This document shows positions 12,111-21,080 of a stretch of 47,043 nucleotides of DNA, piece after piece; the stretch's first letter is position 1; each line of letters begins with the position of its first letter. The notes under the pieces were generated by a model. The model worked only from the letters and a program-made list of their open reading frames with translations, was not told the DNA's origin and did not search any database. Made by a program: the position numbers and the translations under genes. Origin of the DNA: Toensbergia leucococca (lineage: Eukaryota); NCBI GenBank assembly GCA_022813965.1, contig JALDZS010000072.1, positions 62,001 through 109,043 of the forward strand, in the 5' to 3' direction.

Positions 12111-13451
12111 ATGCTAATGGCCCCATCGGCTACAACTATTATAAACAGCATTCATGGAGAATCATTAAGGAGTGGTAAAATTGCTCACAATGAGTTAGGG
12201 ATTGCAAAGAATTTGGTACATAGTACTTTGAAAGAGCGTGTCAAAGGCATCAACACAAACACCTGTGAAGCTGGAGAAGAAGATGCTTTCTTTGTGGCTG
12301 ATTTGGGTGAAGTCTATCGACAGCACTTACGATGGAAAATGAATCTCAGGAGGGTTAAGCCCCATTATGGTAATTTCGGTGCGAGTCATTTGCTCTCAGG
12401 AACCTGCTAACCTTTGGAAGCCGTTAAATGTAACCCTGATCCGGAGATCCTCCGCTTACTTGCAGCCCTTGGCACGGGGTTTGACTGTGCGTCGAAGGCA
12501 GAGATCGAGTTAGTACTCGGTCTAGGCATCGATCCATCGAGGGTCATATATGCCCAGCCCTGCAAGACTAGGTCTTACATGCGGTACGCTGCCAGCACAG
12601 GAGTAAAGCAGATGACTTTTGATAACGCCGATGAGCTGTACAAAACAAAGTCACTATTTCCTGACGCTCAGCTCTTCTTGAGAATTCTTACGGATGACTC
12701 TACAAGCTTATGCCGATTGAGCCTCAAGTTCGGGGCGTCGTTGGACTGTACTCGAGAGCTTTTGGAATTGGCAAAGGAACTAGGCCTCAATGTCGTGGGC
12801 CTTAGCTTTCACGTTGGATCTGGCGCGTCGGATCCTCAATCCTTTTTCAAAGCTGTCCAGGATTCGCGAATTGTCTTCGACCAAGCCGCAAGTATTGGCT
12901 TTGAGCTGAAAACTCTGGACGTTGGTGGTGGCTTTTCTGGTGATTCTTTTGAGGAGATGGCTGGCGTTCTCAGCGAAGCTTTGGAGGATTACTTTCCCCC
13001 CAGTGTTCGTATCATCGGAGAGCCTGGCAGGTACTATGTTGCTTCAGCCTTCACTTTGGCTTGCAACGTCATCGCTCGCCGTGAGATCCAGGACTTCGCT
13101 ACTGGGAAATCGTCCTACATGCTCTACCTGAACGATGGCGTCTACGGCAATTTCTCCGGTATTATGTTCGATCATCAGCATCCAGTCCCTCATATCCTCC
13201 AAAGCCGAAACGAAAAGGCAAAATCAGGAAGCATCGAATACTCCATTTGGGGTCCAACTTGTGACGGTATTGACAGCATATCAAAGGATTGTACCTTTCA
13301 CGAGGTTTTGGATGTTGGGGATTGGCTATATTTCAAGGAGATGGGAGCCTACACCATGTGCTCTACCACTCGCTTCAATGGCTTTACGGACAAACACGAC
13401 GTTCTCTATGTTTCGAGCGAACCAGGTGCGTCTGCATTGCTGAAATATTGA
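12111..13451 (+). CDS. SPE1: Ornithine decarboxylase
   Basis: DAFFVADLG; intron 12370-12420 restores the PLP-lysine motif PHYAVKCN; FDCAS, HVGSG, DVGGGF, EPGRY and WGPTCDGID are present. The start may be 12111 or 12117. Confidence 0.97.
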
Positions 13452-14386
13452 GAATTGTTGGAGGCCGAGGCTCTGTGGGAAGGTTACTTCTGAAGTAGAA
13501 ATAGACTTGCTTTTGCTGGCTGGTGTTAATGCGTCATAATAGAGAGGAAGCATTCATTAAATTCTCTCTGCTCTGAACTTTTGATGAAGAGAGAATGTCT
13601 TTCCGTCGCTAGTGTGCACAAGTTCGATCTTTGAGCTGACCCCCTTCTCAAGAGAATGTTCCATTATCGGTCAAAGTGATTGTCGGGGTGAGATTATCGG
13701 GACACTGGGAGCTAAGTTGGTTATTCAATTTGCTCCAAGACGCAAGCTGCATACCGTAGAAAAATTGTTCGCAAAAGAATACTACGCATAAAAAGTTCCG
13801 AGCTGTTTTTTCAAGTTATCTGAGTGATATTTATCGCCAAACCCTGAACATCTTTATTCTGGTTATTTTGTGAGTTAGGTATCTGATATTCAGGTCTGGA
13901 TTGCATGCCCCGTCCGGAAGAGCCGGGGCCGGGCTTGTGGCTTTATTCTACAGGAGACGCAGTGCTTGCCTTTCTCCGCAAGTTAGAAGCAATTCTTCCG
14001 GCTGATTACCCTCCGAACTGTCATGGACCGGACTTTTAGCTGTAAACCCCTCGGAGACTCGCAAGTTTTTCACCTGACATAAGGGTTTCTTGCACATATG
14101 TATCTTAGTTGCCATAGCCTCAAGGCTGGATGCAGAGATGATGAAATAAAAAAATAAATGAATAAATAAATAAAAAACCCTCCGAACTCTACTCGTACGA
14201 ATCAGATCTCGTTCTCTTTGATCACACCTTTCCGGTTTGCAAGAACAATCATTGGGGCATTTTTTTGGTTACCTACTCTATAGATGGAAGCTTTAGATTC
14301 ACATGATCGTTCTTTTGGAAAACATCCAAGGTCTTCCCCGGGGAGGGAGGGAGTGGGGCTTTCAATGCAAGTTTTCTTTTCGGAAA

Positions 14387-15622
14387 TTACTGAGTGCCCG
14401 TCGCTGCCGATGTCACATTCTGGCCCAGTTGCAACACGTACAATCGATTGAGTGCCAGAATGACAAGCTTATCACCGGCAATGGCAAAATTGGCCATCGC
14501 AGGTAATCCCTTTCCCACTTCCAGCGCTTCGGCATTGAACACGCCCAGCACTTTACCGATGGGGCTCCTCACTGTGATGCCTTCCCACTCGCCCGTCCAG
14601 ATGCGCCCGTAGTCGTCAACATGAAGACCGTCGGCGTAGCTCCGCACCGTCGCGACGAGGCGCTTGTTCACAGGGAGACACTCCTCGTCCAGGGTGTAGC
14701 GGTAGATTACTGAAGAGTTGAATGTGTTCCCCTCCCCTCCGGAGGAGTTGAAGGGAGCTGCCGTGCCCGTAATGTACAAATAGCGCCCGGTGGCATCGGT
14801 CCTTACACCGTTGGGAGCAACGACGTCAGCGCGGGAGATGACCCCTTGAACGGATTGGCTTAGCTGCGAGTAGCGGTAGACGCCGTCTTGCAGCATTTTG
14901 GGGGCGGCTCCCAAGACGCCAAATTGGCTTACATCGAGCGTGGAGAAGAAGAGATTCGGCCCTGTGTGTACACATGACATAGCGCCCTCTTTGACCCAGG
15001 ATAGATCATCGACGGACTGGAACCGCTCGCCATAAAAGCTGTTGAGAATGGGTGTGGCCTGGTACGTCTTTGTGTCGATAGCGTACACGCCAGCTGCACC
15101 GTTTGGCTCAGACTGATTGCCGATGACAGTGAAGTACATTGTTCCATTGAAGTAGTAGCCGCCGTTTGGATTGATGTTGCGCAGGGCCGGGATATCCAAG
15201 GTGGTGATATTCATTGTATTTAGGTCGAGTACAGATATGTAGGTCGGGTGGGTGAGGACGGAACTCGTGAACCAGACTTGATTGTTATCATAATCCCATG
15301 CGCCAGCCTCATAAGCAAACAAAGAGCTTCTCGTTTGAACAAGCTGAATCTCAGGTGTTTGGCTGCCAAGGATGTCATAAAATTCCTCATCAAAAGCATA
15401 ATAAGTGGCGTTCTTTGCAGCTGCGAACAGCGTGTTGATGGACGCATTTGCTGTGATGGTATTGACAAAGTTGGTGCTGGAGTTGCCGACGACGGATTCG
15501 TAGCCTTCGAAAGGGGTGGGGAGTAGGTAGGTATTGATAGGGGGTATGAAGACTCCGGTGGCCTTGTCGGCCGAGACGTGTGCCAGAGAGGTACAGAGAA
15601 GGGAGACGATCAAGTAAAACAT
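14387..15622 (-). CDS. Secreted SMP-30/gluconolactonase-like beta-propeller (lactonohydrolase-like)
   Basis: ATG at 15622 gives the signal-peptide-like MFYLIVSLLCTSLAHVSA. YEAG, NPNGG, PNGV and YADGLHVDDYGRIW motifs; many N-x-S/T sequons; intronless. Confidence 0.85.
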   Translation of the reverse strand: MFYLIVSLLCTSLAHVSADKATGVFIPPINTYLLPTPFEGYESVVGNSSTNFVNTITANASINTLFAAAKNATYYAFDEEFYDILGSQTPEIQLVQTRSSLFAYEAGAWDYDNNQVWFTSSVLTHPTYISVLDLNTMNITTLDIPALRNINPNGGYYFNGTMYFTVIGNQSEPNGAAGVYAIDTKTYQATPILNSFYGERFQSVDDLSWVKEGAMSCVHTGPNLFFSTLDVSQFGVLGAAPKMLQDGVYRYSQLSQSVQGVISRADVVAPNGVRTDATGRYLYITGTAAPFNSSGGEGNTFNSSVIYRYTLDEECLPVNKRLVATVRSYADGLHVDDYGRIWTGEWEGITVRSPIGKVLGVFNAEALEVGKGLPAMANFAIAGDKLVILALNRLYVLQLGQNVTSAATGTQ

Positions 15623-16242
15623 GTTGAAACAGCAGTATCGAATATCAGCGCTACGGAAAGCAGTACGCAACAGCACTGTATATATAGAAAGAAAAGAAAG
15701 AAGAGGCTTTGCTCATGTTGGCTGTCAAGGCCGCGCTCGTGGCGTGCATATATTAGCTGTTCCTATCAATTCATGAACAAAATGAGTTTCGAAGAACGTT
15801 TCATCCCAATTTAGTGAAAGAAGATGTTTCTGTTTAGTAAAGTAGGAAAAATGTACTCGTAAGAAGGCAAGATTACTTGGCGAATGAGAGAGAAAGGTTG
15901 GGCAGTATCCGTAGCCAGTCTCCAGTATTACTCGTACCTTAACATCTGTAGAAAACCTTACGAGGCGCTAACAGACTCCTTGTGGTTACTGCAATTGGCC
16001 TACCAGGTACCTCGCACGCCTAACTCCATTTGTTCATCAAGCTGAAATTGAACCGCAGAGAAGTGCTTCAGCGGGGGGTAGGGGAGGTATGACTATCCAC
16101 GGCGGAAATGAAATACCAGAGCCAGACAAGTCTTTGTTCCTGGTGCGTGGCGTAAGGGGATCTCTCATAAGATCTCATAAGAGCGCGGTGTCCTTCGACC
16201 TTCAAGATGGAAACGCATAAGCGCTAATTCTCAATTGTCGAA

Positions 16243-17190
16243 ATGCATTTCGTCATGCGGTCAGTGTATCTTGCTTGCCTCCTCACAGCGTCCCTGGCTA
16301 CCTCCAAAGCTCTCCCTTCTCTAAAGCCCCATGAAGCGCGCGGCGCTCCCGCCGGCTACGGTACCCTCACAACAGTCACAAATGGCAGCATCATCCGCGC
16401 AACCATCAATAATCCACCTGTCAACCTGTGGGACTACAAGCTTGCAGCTGATTTCTCCACCTTCATAGGTACCCTCGCTAAAACTGCCAATACCAGCGAT
16501 GTCAAAGTGGTCATCCTCTCTTCAGCAATCCCCGACTTTTTCATCGATCACATTGACATCCATGCCGTCTCCGCCGCTTCTCCAGAGCTCCCTCCCGCCA
16601 ACAGCACCCTCACTGGTGTCCAGCTCTTGGAGACGGAACAGTATCTTCAAACCTTGCCTATCATCTTCATCGCGGAGATTGATGGTCGTACCACCGGTGC
16701 CGGGAATGAAGTCGCTGTTCAATGCGACATCCGCTACGCTGGCCCAGGGGCTAAGCTATCGCAGCTCGAAGTCGGATTTGGGGAGCTTCCCGGCACAGGA
16801 GGCTTGCAATTCCTAGTCAGTCTGATCGGAAGGGCCAGAGCACTTGAGTATATTCTCTCAGCACGCAGCGTAGATGCTATTGAGGCTGCGGCGATTGGCT
16901 GGGTCAATAGAGCTTTTAGCAGCGAGATGGTGTTGAAGACGGAAGTGACAGCCTTGGCAGAACGCATTGCGACGTTTCCGAAGCAAGGTCTGGCAGCTAT
17001 CAAGTCAAGGGTCAATGTCCAGAAGCCGACTGAAGGGGATATCAAGGGGGACAACAGTCTTTTCACCGAGCTAGAGAAGACCACGGTTGTGCAACAGTCT
17101 CAGGATCGATATTTGGTGCTGTCAGCGAATGAGAGCGCCAATGTGTTTGAGAAAGGGATCCCAGAAGATATCCCTGAGGTATTAATTTAA
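16243..17190 (+). CDS. Enoyl-CoA hydratase/isomerase (crotonase) family protein with N-terminal signal peptide
   Basis: INNPPVNL, PIIFIAEIDGRTTGAGNE, CDIRYA, QLEVGFGELPG and GRARALEYIL. The N-terminus VYLACLLTASLA is hydrophobic; intronless. Confidence 0.88.
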   Translation: MHFVMRSVYLACLLTASLATSKALPSLKPHEARGAPAGYGTLTTVTNGSIIRATINNPPVNLWDYKLAADFSTFIGTLAKTANTSDVKVVILSSAIPDFFIDHIDIHAVSAASPELPPANSTLTGVQLLETEQYLQTLPIIFIAEIDGRTTGAGNEVAVQCDIRYAGPGAKLSQLEVGFGELPGTGGLQFLVSLIGRARALEYILSARSVDAIEAAAIGWVNRAFSSEMVLKTEVTALAERIATFPKQGLAAIKSRVNVQKPTEGDIKGDNSLFTELEKTTVVQQSQDRYLVLSANESANVFEKGIPEDIPEVLI

Positions 17191-17399
17191 GTAAATGGTG
17201 TATTACATTTTAGATAATTCGCTGTCCTCATCTTATCTGTTTAACCGCTTCTGGATGCAGCTGTCATTAAATTAGTTCGGTCTATCACAGCCTATTCGTC
17301 ATTGACCCTTATCGACTCCTGTCAATATCAGTTAGGACAGGCTGCGACCTACGCCAAATAATAGGACTGAGGTCCCTTTGTAGGCCTTTGACACTCAGA

Positions 17400-17800
17400 G
17401 TTGTACATCGGTGTCTTGATAGTGTAAAGATGTTGGCGAGCATCTATGCTGCTCGCTATTTTGCTCTGCTTACTCCCCGTTTCCCGGACGCTTTAGACTG
17501 AGTTCCTGGGCAGCGCGTCGGTAGCAGAACTCCAGGAGAGTAGCATGCTAGTTTACAGTGGTGCCCTGCAAGTTGCATAGCCAAGGCCAACTCCACGCGG
17601 TACTGCTCGTAGTTGAATGTAGTTTTAGAGAAGAGGTGCAGTGTCTTGAAGAGCTCAAAACAGGCCCAGCATGCATAATTGGCTTGTTCTTCTGTGGCGT
17701 CCGTAACAATGGTCAGCTACTGCATCAGAATCGGTTAGTGAGAAGGGAGGTACAGGGGTGTGCCCGTACTCTGTCCTTGTGTCTCTCTGTGCATCTAGAT
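17400..17800 (-). pseudogene. Decayed DUF3435-type tyrosine recombinase fragment (Starship captain-like)
   Basis: Manual translation across frameshifts: KPIMHAG / FELFKTLHLFSKTTFNYEQYRVELALAMQLAG / TTVN*HATLLEFCYRR. This resembles the remembered DUF3435 pattern KPVM..ED.FELLKTL...F.HER.R.QLAL.MQLAG.TGNRP.ALL.L.Y. An upstream intron relic (GTACGG..CTAAC..GCAG) is present. Confidence 0.6.
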
Positions 17801-17857
17801 CTTGAAGGCTGAGCAGCGGGTCGATCCCCCAACAACCCGCCTTTCCCCACCGCACCA

Positions 17858-18011
17858 TAGAAGGGTTCACCCCCCAACCGGCCAAACCCCCCAATCGGCC
17901 ACTTATAGGGCTGACCCGCAAATTTTCACTTGAGCGGCGCTAGGCGGTAAAAAAAAATAGATTTCTGGTCTAGCCCTATAAGGCTGGCCGGTTGGGGGGT
18001 GAACCCTTCTA
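17858..18011. mobile_element. MITE-like element (154 bp including flanking TA)
   Basis: Perfect 27-bp inverted repeat TAGAAGGGTTCACCCCCCAACCGGCCA (17858-17884 / 17985-18011), extended inward by CTTATAGGGCT(A)GACC. TA at both ends fits a Tc1/mariner-type target-site duplication; no coding capacity. Confidence 0.8.
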
Positions 18012-18492
18012 CTAGACACGTTCTAGGATTCGCCCCTATTCAGTTGGTAGAAAGTAGAATTGCTGCGCGTGACCAATTAGCTACTATTTAGATACTGCGA
18101 GCCCGAGCGCTAAGGAACGATCAAAATGGGGCTTTTGTACGATTCTAAGGGATTTGAGGAAGACCAACCCGACTTCGCAAAAGGCTGGTTGTACCCACCA
18201 TATCCTTGTAATTGGAGTCTCGTTCCACGACAGTCTCAAATGAAACGGTTTGGTTGTAAGTTGCGAGACATATCAACTGCATTAGAACCACATGCTGGAG
18301 AAACATACACACCAATTGCAGCAGTTTCATTCTCATTATCAATTTCTTTATTGGAAAGCTTCTCTGGGTGGGTGCAGACAGCATTGAATTACTTATCAAA
18401 ATCGACAGGGTATACAATGATGCGTTTTCCATTCCCTTCACCTACCTAGGTGAACAGATTGGCATTCCTGTTGACGAGAGATGATATTCATG

Positions 18493-19622
18493 AAGGCCTG
18501 AAAATCGAGGCAAGAAGGGTTTGTACTGCCCGTTGACGGCATTTCACATTCTGGCAAGGGCCGCTGAATTATTGATGAGATATGAACAGGGCGAGATGAG
18601 AGTATTCAGGAGATTTTGTTTGAAGAAAGGCGAATGTGAATTCTTCTGGATTGCAAGGTATGCCAATTGTATAGTTGGTTGCGGCCAATCTTTGGGGCAT
18701 GAGAGGTGTCCATGCTGGAACAGTCTTTGAAATAAAACGTTGTTGATGTTGTTGACGCCTCTCTGAGGTGCAGACCTCCTCCGATTACGGCGTGGATCGC
18801 AGATCTAGAATCAGCAGGAAAACTGACTTAGAAGACATCCTCCAGGAGTCAGTCCGAGGCGATGAACACATCTCACAGGGGGAGGGAATTATAAGGCTTG
18901 ACAGGCGCCTCCCTGAGATGCAGACCTCCTCTGATCGCGGCGTGAATCACAGATTTGAAATCAGCGGAAAACCCGGCCTAAAAGACATGCTGCGGGAGTC
19001 AATCTGAGACAATGAACGTGCTCAGAAGGCGGAGGGAGAAGAAAGTGAGGGCTTGACATGCAGGCGCCTCCCCGTGAGCACTTTTCACTTGATTCAAAGA
19101 ATTTTCCCCATCCCTTCTCAGAGCTCGCTCTTGTGATATCCTCGTATTTTTCGGTCCACGTTATACTATCGCCGTTACTGATGTAGGGGGAAGCGTACGC
19201 AGCTTGAGGTGATGCGGAAGAGGCATTCATAGTTCACGGCTCTTTCTTTCCCTTGCTTGATAGATTCTTCATTAAAATGTCTTCGGAGCCTCTTCGCTCG
19301 CAGTCTCCTGTGAAACAAGCGCATCCTTATCCCCTTGCTCTTTCTCAACCCTTGTTAGATCTTCTGAAATAGCTGATACTCGCATCTCAGGAGTCTTGAA
19401 TGCTGCACTATCCCTCAATTCTTGAACGTTCTCTTTGTATTCGCGGAAGTTCAATTTCAGAGCTTCTGGGGTATCTTTCTGATGGATCCTGCTCCTGTTG
19501 AGCTCATTGATCTTCTCTTTAGTCTGATCAATGTTTGCTTGTAGACGGTGGAATGTGTTCAAACGCTACTGAAAAGTATTGAGTTGATCCTTGAGTTGAG
19601 AAAGTGAAGCCTCAATTCCCGG
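18493..19622. mobile_element. ~1.13 kb insertion inside the monooxygenase pseudogene
   Basis: Unrelated sequence lies between two collinear halves of the pseudogene, flanked by CATG at 18489-18492 and 19623-19626. The ends are weakly complementary (CCTGAAAATCGAGGC vs reverse complement CCGGGAATTGAGGC). It carries a broken coiled-coil-like ORF (19625-19272, minus strand). Confidence 0.5.
18752..19078. repeat. Diverged tandem duplication with 150-bp period (two copies plus a partial third)
   Basis: TGCAGACCTCCT occurs at 18769 and 18919, exactly 150 apart. Flanks align throughout, and GGCGCCTCCC recurs near 18904 and 19063. Confidence 0.85.
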
Positions 19623-20857
19623 CATGGTGTCGTCATTTTGCACCACCGATTTGGACACCCTCAAGCAGAGGCGTTGTGGCCTAACAAGGCGTGTGGGAAA
19701 TGCTGACCTGTATTGATGACATTGGACCGAATCACGGACTGGATGGCAGCTCACAATAAACCATTTTGAGATGTTGGGAGGAACTAGGACCTGTACGAAC
19801 ACCGTCTGCAGCAACGATCAAGTCTGAAGAGATCTTCTACCACTCTCCAAGGTTATTGTTGCCTTCGCAACATCGACGTCCGTGACTTTGACGCCAAGCT
19901 TGATCTTGACTTGAGATTCAAGTACAGCCTTCATCAATTGTTTGCATAGTCCTGGCTTGTGAATAAGTCAGCCTACCTAGTCTCTACGTAAAGGTTGAAT
20001 TTACCTTACACGATATGCAAAGACAGTTGTAATTCCAGCTTTCTCCTTATCTTACTTCCCTCGGCGACATGACCTTCAGCATCCATGCCAAGTGCTCTAC
20101 TGAGCGCCACTGCTCCGCCGGCGATTATGTCAATGCCCAAGCCTTTGAGATATTGGTCAGAGTTTGCTGTGATACTGAATGCGTATCCTGTCTCCGTGGT
20201 GAGGTTCAACGTTCATGAACCGTGACATCGTGACCGATGCGAGCAAGACCAATCGCAGCTGCTGGTCCTGCGATGCCCGCTCATACTACGATTACCTTGA
20301 GGAATGCCATATCTGAAAAAACCAACCGAAAAAAGAAGGGCAGTGGGGTAGATGAGGTCGTGGGGATTTGGCGCCGCACGAAATCCTTGCGGCATGATAT
20401 CTAATCATTCCAATACCCGAACGAGACTGACCCAGGATATACCGGGATCTCAAAAGGTCCCTGGGGCCTGGAGTGACTTTTCTTTGAAGACTCGAGTGAC
20501 TCGGATATTAAGACTATCAAATCACAGTCAAGGCAATCTAGTAGACCAATGTCTAAAATCGGGGCATCCAGACTTTTGCTGTTTGCGATACTCATAACCC
20601 ATGGCTTCCATGAATTCAACAGCTCCTTTGACTCTAGATCTAGTAGGGGTATCATAATGATGATGGCCTGTGATGGCCTTCCTCTTTTGGGCGTTCTGGG
20701 AGGTCTTCTGACTCGTCCCATGATGGATGGTTGAATAGAATAAGGATGGGAATAAGGATGGTTGAATTTTGGGGTTCTATTCGAATGCTTTTTGGTGGGG
20801 GCTGAAATTCGCTTGATTCCGGACTATTTTTTTCACCGCGAGCCAGAGTACCTACCC

Positions 20858-20948
20858 TCGAGGCCGGGTGCCGGGGGAAAAAATACCGCCGATTGTTTGG
20901 CGAGAAATCGCTAAGCCATCGGCGGTCAGTTTTTCCCCCCGGTCTCGA
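20858..20948 (+). other. Long imperfect hairpin with GAAA loop
   Basis: ACCGCCGAT (20885-20893) pairs with ATCGGCGGT (20918-20926). The inner stem GTTTGGCGA/TCGCTAAGC closes GAAA (20904-20907). Outer stems: GGGGGAAAAA/TTTTTCCCCC and TCGAGGCCGG/CCGGTCTCGA. Confidence 0.8.
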
Positions 20949-20978
20949 CTCTGTATTCCTCGATTGAATATTTTACTG

Positions 20979-21010
20979 CGCGACGCGTACGACCCCCTCT
21001 GCCGTCGCGT
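20979..21010. promoter_or_regulatory. MCB (MluI cell-cycle box) cluster upstream of POL31
   Basis: ACGCGT at 20983-20988 with overlapping CGCGA, and TCGCGT at 21005-21010, 70-100 bp upstream of a DNA replication gene. MBF control of replication genes is established in fungi. Confidence 0.65.
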
Positions 21011-21080
21011 TCACCATCCCTCGGATTCTAGATGCTCGAATCTGCTATCCGTACGGGTATGCTGCACCAACATCACGGCA

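Larger units (their letters stand above)
18223..20310 (-). pseudogene. FAD-dependent monooxygenase (salicylate-hydroxylase-like) pseudogene, interrupted by an insertion
   Basis: From ATG 20310: MAFLKVIVV*AGIAGPAAAIGLARIGHDVTVHER (GxGxxG broken by TGA at 20283), ETGYAFSITANS, DLIVAADGV, SVIRS..., VQNDDTM (to ~19624). It resumes at ~18485 with SSLVNRNANLFT*VGEGNGKRIIVYPVDFDK*FNAVCTHPEKLS, then YNQTVSFETVVE. Multiple stops and frameshifts; no C-terminal GDAAH region found. Confidence 0.8.

Noticed and set aside
17810..18050. tRNA/SINE-like words (GGGTCGATCCC near 17818; TCAGTTGGTAGA near 18040)
   Set aside because: The B-box-like word precedes the A-box-like word and no cloverleaf can be formed.
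20401..20734. 106-aa minus-strand ORF upstream of the monooxygenase pseudogene
   Set aside because: No recognisable domain. It may be decayed island sequence but cannot be supported as a gene.
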